DNA of 48,817 nt from a virus (taxonomy: Duplodnaviria; Heunggongvirae; Uroviricota; Caudoviricetes), in the IMG/VR virus record IMGVR_UViG_3300029922_000006. One strand, given 5' to 3'. Below are positions 44,891 through 48,817 of the stretch, one piece after another. Within the stretch, counting starts at the first letter, position 1. Every line of letters starts with the position of its first letter. The translations under genes and the position numbers were made by a program. Below the pieces are notes generated by a model. That model was not told the origin of the DNA. It saw only the letters and a program-made list of their open reading frames with translations, and did no database searches.

Positions 44891-45717
44891 TGCCAGTAAG
44901 TAAGACACCCTATAATCAACCATTCCCGCACCTAGGAATTGAGCAGGAAGGAACGCCAACGCGTTATCTTCCAGTTCCTACTCCTCAGACTCTGCGCGAT
45001 GGCCCGCTGTTTGGAATTCCGCTTCAGTCATTTTTGACTGGCCAAGCTGTATCTGACGACGCTCTGCAGCGCTATATCACTGAGTCAATTTCAGAGATCG
45101 AGCACACGCTTGACCTCTACATTACTCCTGTAGAGTTCTTAGAGAACTGTGACTATAATGCTCACTTAATGTTTTGGAGCTTCGGCTATGTCAAGATGGC
45201 ACACGGTCCTATTCTTGATGTTCTAAGCTACAAACTGACTTTCAACAATGGATATGGCAACAACGCACTCATCGATGTTCCGCTAGAGTTCGTGTTCGTG
45301 CAACCGCAAGAACAGACTGTCCAGCTCGTTCCGGCTACTGGCACAACCATAGCAGGTTTCGTTACCACTCTTTATTCGGGTGTTGGATTCAGCGCGCTTA
45401 ACGCTGGCGGTATAACTAACTGGCCTGGTGCGCTTCAAATTAAGTACCGCTGTGGTTTCCCTGATGGGAAGCTTCCGGCTGTACTCTCGGCTCTGATCGA
45501 AAACATGGCAGCGTTTAAGATGTTGTCTGTAATGGGTCCGATCCTGTTTCCGCACAACGGAGTATCTATCAGTATCGATGGAACTTCGCAGAGCACATCA
45601 ACTCTAGGACCTGCGTTCTTGCAGAATCGTTTGAAGGACTTACAAACTTTGATCGATAAGCAAATGGATGCAGCTAAGGGATACTATCAGAAGCGATTCT
45701 TGATAGACTATCTGTAA
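44890..45717 (+). CDS. putative head-tail connector/neck protein
   Basis: ISEIEHTLDLYITP, IKYRCGF, SISIDGTSQS pattern typical of myovirus neck proteins. Confidence 0.55.
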   Translation: MPVSKTPYNQPFPHLGIEQEGTPTRYLPVPTPQTLRDGPLFGIPLQSFLTGQAVSDDALQRYITESISEIEHTLDLYITPVEFLENCDYNAHLMFWSFGYVKMAHGPILDVLSYKLTFNNGYGNNALIDVPLEFVFVQPQEQTVQLVPATGTTIAGFVTTLYSGVGFSALNAGGITNWPGALQIKYRCGFPDGKLPAVLSALIENMAAFKMLSVMGPILFPHNGVSISIDGTSQSTSTLGPAFLQNRLKDLQTLIDKQMDAAKGYYQKRFLIDYL

Positions 45718-45725
45718 GGTGTAAT

Positions 45726-47039
45726 ATGGCAGACAAAAAGATGTTAGAAGTTACTCCAGATGGTAAGCAGGAACTTGTAGATGGCAAAGAGCCATTGAAG
45801 AAAGATCCTAAGAAGCTTAAGCAGAAGTGGAATGAGTTGAAGAAAGGTTTAAACAACCTCAATTCAATCATGGACCTTGCTGCAGCTTCTAAGGCCGATC
45901 CACAACCTGAAGAAGACGAAGATCAAGACGAGCAGATGGACCCGGAGATGATGGCGCAAATGGCCGCAGCTCAACAGGGTGAAGAGGGTGACGAAGATGA
46001 AGAATCTGAAGAGCCCGTAGAATCTGACGACCAAGAAGACGATGAAGAACTTGAGGAGCAACCTGAGGGTGATGAATCTGTCCAAGGGGATCTAGATCAA
46101 GATCCAGAAAATACCGAACCAGAAGACGACGTTGAAGAGCCGTCTGGCGACGATATTCCTGAGCAAGATGATGACGAAGAGATTGACAGCTACGATCAAC
46201 CTGAAGTATCAGAGCAAGACGCTACTGATGTAGGTGGTGTTGAAGGTAATGAAGACGACGGCGGTGATGATGAGATCCAACCGGATGATTCCGACGAGGA
46301 AAGTGCTGTCCAGGGCGAAGGTGATGGAGAGTTCCAAGAGGACGACCAGGAGCCGAACGGCGATGACGACTCTGAACAGAAGATTATCCAAGCCCTACAA
46401 GATGAAGGGTATTCTGAACCTGAGATCGCATACATTGTCCGTGGGCACCACTCACCGACTTATGATGAGAGCGCAGAAGCTAAAGCGCAAGCAACGCGCG
46501 ACATGTCTGGTGTCGATGTTGAGAATGCTAAAGCTGAAGGCGACGCTAATCTTAAACTGAAGATGCAACAGGCAGATCTTGAGCACAAGCATGCTATGCG
46601 TATGAAGGACCTTGAGTTCGAACACGCACAGATGATGTCTCCAGACCCTGAGACTGAGAAAAACCATAAGAAGCGCATGCTCGATCTCGAGTACGAGAAC
46701 GCTAAAGCTCAATCGCCAGATGGCTCTGATAAAGAGCACCAGAAGCGTATGATGGACGTTGAATACCAGAATGCAATGGCTTCATCTCCAGATCCTGAGA
46801 TCGCTAAGCAAATGGCTCAGATGGACGTAGAAGAACGCAGAGTTCAACTTGAGCTTCGTAAAAAAGAAGCTGAACTTGAATTGAAGTTTAAAGAGCGGGA
46901 ACACGAGCTTAAATTGAAGCATGCAGAGATGCTTGCTCAGAAGAAGCTTAAAGAAAAGCTCGCCGAGAAACCAGCACCTAAGGCTCCTGCAAAGAAGCTA
47001 AAGAAGTCGGAAGATGAGGAATACGATGTCGAGGATTGA
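45726..47039 (+). CDS. acidic low-complexity protein with three internal repeats
   Basis: D/E-rich stretch; H.KRM.D.EY.NA...SPD repeats; LKKG and LKKS motifs at the ends. Confidence 0.75.
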   Translation: MADKKMLEVTPDGKQELVDGKEPLKKDPKKLKQKWNELKKGLNNLNSIMDLAAASKADPQPEEDEDQDEQMDPEMMAQMAAAQQGEEGDEDEESEEPVESDDQEDDEELEEQPEGDESVQGDLDQDPENTEPEDDVEEPSGDDIPEQDDDEEIDSYDQPEVSEQDATDVGGVEGNEDDGGDDEIQPDDSDEESAVQGEGDGEFQEDDQEPNGDDDSEQKIIQALQDEGYSEPEIAYIVRGHHSPTYDESAEAKAQATRDMSGVDVENAKAEGDANLKLKMQQADLEHKHAMRMKDLEFEHAQMMSPDPETEKNHKKRMLDLEYENAKAQSPDGSDKEHQKRMMDVEYQNAMASSPDPEIAKQMAQMDVEERRVQLELRKKEAELELKFKEREHELKLKHAEMLAQKKLKEKLAEKPAPKAPAKKLKKSEDEEYDVED

Positions 47040-48258
47040 ATTAGAACAAATTAGTGAAAACGAAGTTGAAGTAGTTCTTCCGCCTGAGACTCCAATGGAG
47101 ATGGTGCAGCAGCTGACTAAAGGTCTGGCTGCTCGCGGCCTCATTGAAGACTTAGCTAAGAGCACAGTTTCGGTTCGCTACTTCAAGCGTCCTATCGATA
47201 AGGCAAACACAGTGGCTGATGAGCTCATCAAGTCTCTTTCTCGCCTTGCGAAAGATGATGAACTTCCATACTGGCATCCTAAAGCTCAGATGGCCAACCA
47301 GCGTCGAATCAAAGACGTTGAGATTGGTGAGCGCCGTGCTAAGCTTGGAATTAAGCAACCAACTAACATGTCACCTGCTCCTGAGCCTGGTGTAGTTCCA
47401 GCTCCCGCAACGCCAGCTGCACCAGCAGCTCCGGTCGCACCAGGAGTAGCAACCGTTAACACATCGCCTAAGATGTATGATCACACTCCTACTGCACAAC
47501 CGACCGCAGGCGGTACTGGTAAGCGCTACGCGTATATCAATGACCCTGTGAGCCAATCTGAGCATGTAGAAGGCTGTCAGTGCGACAAATGCCTTGATAT
47601 GGCAAAGTCTGGTTATGGACCTAAAGGCGCAAGCCAATATAACCCTGCTGACAACGCTCGTCGTAAAGCTAACAACACTGGCGATCAGACTGGCTTCGGT
47701 GCTAATACAAACACCAAGGCCTACACATCTGCTAAGTTTGCCGGCAAAGACATGCAATCTAGTCCTGCACAGAAACGTCCAGGACCGGTTAAGACAATGA
47801 AAGATATGTCTCCGGACGTCGTAGCACAGATCAAAGCAAGACATGAGAGCAAGCTCACTAAGAGCGGTTGGGCGAACCATAATCCGTTCCCTAGCGCAGA
47901 AGAAGAGATCATGCGCCTTGCTAAGAACAAGCCACAAGACGGCGAAGAGGCTGCAGCGCAGCAACTTGCTAATCTTATGGCCGGTAAGTCAATGCTAGGT
48001 GAAAACGTACCTCCGCAAGTTAAAGCAATGTTTGCAGCTCCTGCTCCGCAACCTACAGATGAACAGATGTTCGGCGGTGGCGTCGTAACTGAGGACATGG
48101 CTAAGGCTGCAGAACATAAGTGGAATAACAGCTTTAACAACTGGATGCAAGAGGCTGCAAAGCCTATCACTCAGCGGTTTGCATCCCAGGCTGAAGAAGA
48201 AGTGTACTGGGCAAATATTAAAGTTAGTGACAGAGACGACGGACAGTCAGGGTTTTAA
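47026..48258 (+). CDS. hypothetical protein, possible head cargo
   Basis: GAGGA SD before ATG 47026; LTKG, LAKS, LIKS, MAKS, LTKS, MAKA motifs. Confidence 0.72.
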   Translation: MSRIELEQISENEVEVVLPPETPMEMVQQLTKGLAARGLIEDLAKSTVSVRYFKRPIDKANTVADELIKSLSRLAKDDELPYWHPKAQMANQRRIKDVEIGERRAKLGIKQPTNMSPAPEPGVVPAPATPAAPAAPVAPGVATVNTSPKMYDHTPTAQPTAGGTGKRYAYINDPVSQSEHVEGCQCDKCLDMAKSGYGPKGASQYNPADNARRKANNTGDQTGFGANTNTKAYTSAKFAGKDMQSSPAQKRPGPVKTMKDMSPDVVAQIKARHESKLTKSGWANHNPFPSAEEEIMRLAKNKPQDGEEAAAQQLANLMAGKSMLGENVPPQVKAMFAAPAPQPTDEQMFGGGVVTEDMAKAAEHKWNNSFNNWMQEAAKPITQRFASQAEEEVYWANIKVSDRDDGQSGF

Positions 48259-48318
48259 CCTGATAGAATAAGCTTAAGAGTCTGTGAACGGTCACGGATG
48301 CTTGGAACTTGGTAAGGT

Positions 48319-48817
48319 ATGTTAGAAAAGAGTTTCCCCGCGGTTTCACCGCAGCTATTTACAGCGAACGGAACAGCGAATGGTGTTATCACTATTCCTG
48401 ACACACGTCTATTCAAGGTCAAGCAACACATCCAGATCACCGGAACTGGACTTCTTACTTTAAATCTAGAAGTAAAAGAAGTCGCTAGTATCAACGAGAT
48501 GACCGTTGGCCCTGTCAACGGCAGTATTCTAGCTACAACTGACGTCTCTGCATATACTACAGCAGTCGCAGCCGCAGTCGGTTGCCCAGCTCCCCAGAAG
48601 CGTCCAACCATTGGTGCGGATGACTTCGAACGTGCAGTATATGAAGAAGAACCTGTAGTCGCTAAAAGAGTTATCCTAGTTGATCAATATGGTCGCCCTA
48701 TGGGAGGCGAAGACAATCCAATAGTGGCCGACGTTGACGTTACGGTAAATAGCGTAGGACTTTTTACACTACCATACGACAGCATAGCGGCAGCTTATCC
48801 CAGTTCAACAGTAGAAA
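48319..48817 (+). CDS. hypothetical virion-like protein, truncated by window end
   Basis: ATG 48319 (MLEKSFPAVSPQLFTANG...) open to the window end; AAGGT upstream. Confidence 0.65.
   Translation, partial: MLEKSFPAVSPQLFTANGTANGVITIPDTRLFKVKQHIQITGTGLLTLNLEVKEVASINEMTVGPVNGSILATTDVSAYTTAVAAAVGCPAPQKRPTIGADDFERAVYEEEPVVAKRVILVDQYGRPMGGEDNPIVADVDVTVNSVGLFTLPYDSIAAAYPSSTVE

Noticed and set aside
6135-48611. Numerous 60-200 aa alternative-frame and antisense ORFs within long genes
   Set aside because: Fully nested in well-supported genes, lack motifs or initiation signals, and are expected from codon bias
1-48817. Genome-wide TAG reassignment suggested by the CUA tRNA
   Set aside because: Conserved genes are full length in code 11 and TAG occurs at natural C-termini (lysozyme, sbcC, terminase)

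Overview
A 48.8-kb segment of a large tailed dsDNA phage (myovirus/jumbo-type gene content). Almost everything is on the + strand and reads cleanly in the standard genetic code. The left half holds an SF2 helicase end, a GH24 lysozyme, a Pth2-like hydrolase, a small RNA cluster, dUTPase, a degenerate DNA methyltransferase, a GroEL-like chaperonin, SbcC/SbcD, a DnaQ-DnaE fused polymerase, a gp32-like SSB, a UvsY-like protein and RecA. The right half holds terminase, portal, prohead protease, scaffold, major capsid, nucleotide enzymes and several low-complexity putative head proteins. About 15 free-standing HNH/EndoVII/GIY-YIG endonuclease genes sit between core genes. Main oddities: (1) a candidate head-cargo processing system, with a recurring hydrophobic-x-K-[A/S/G] motif, a protease polyprotein carrying a transglycosylase-like domain behind a cryptic signal peptide plus a 19/30-identical copy of the capsid N-arm, and a sigma70 region-2 domain inside a putative cargo protein; (2) an RNA cluster with a ~176-nt structured RNA, a tRNA whose anticodon loop is replaced by a 98-nt structured insert, and an amber (CUA) tRNA in a genome that is not recoded; (3) many promoters with TATAAT 6-7 nt before an ATG and no SD, implying leaderless mRNAs. 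All calls come from motif recognition by eye; no searches were run.
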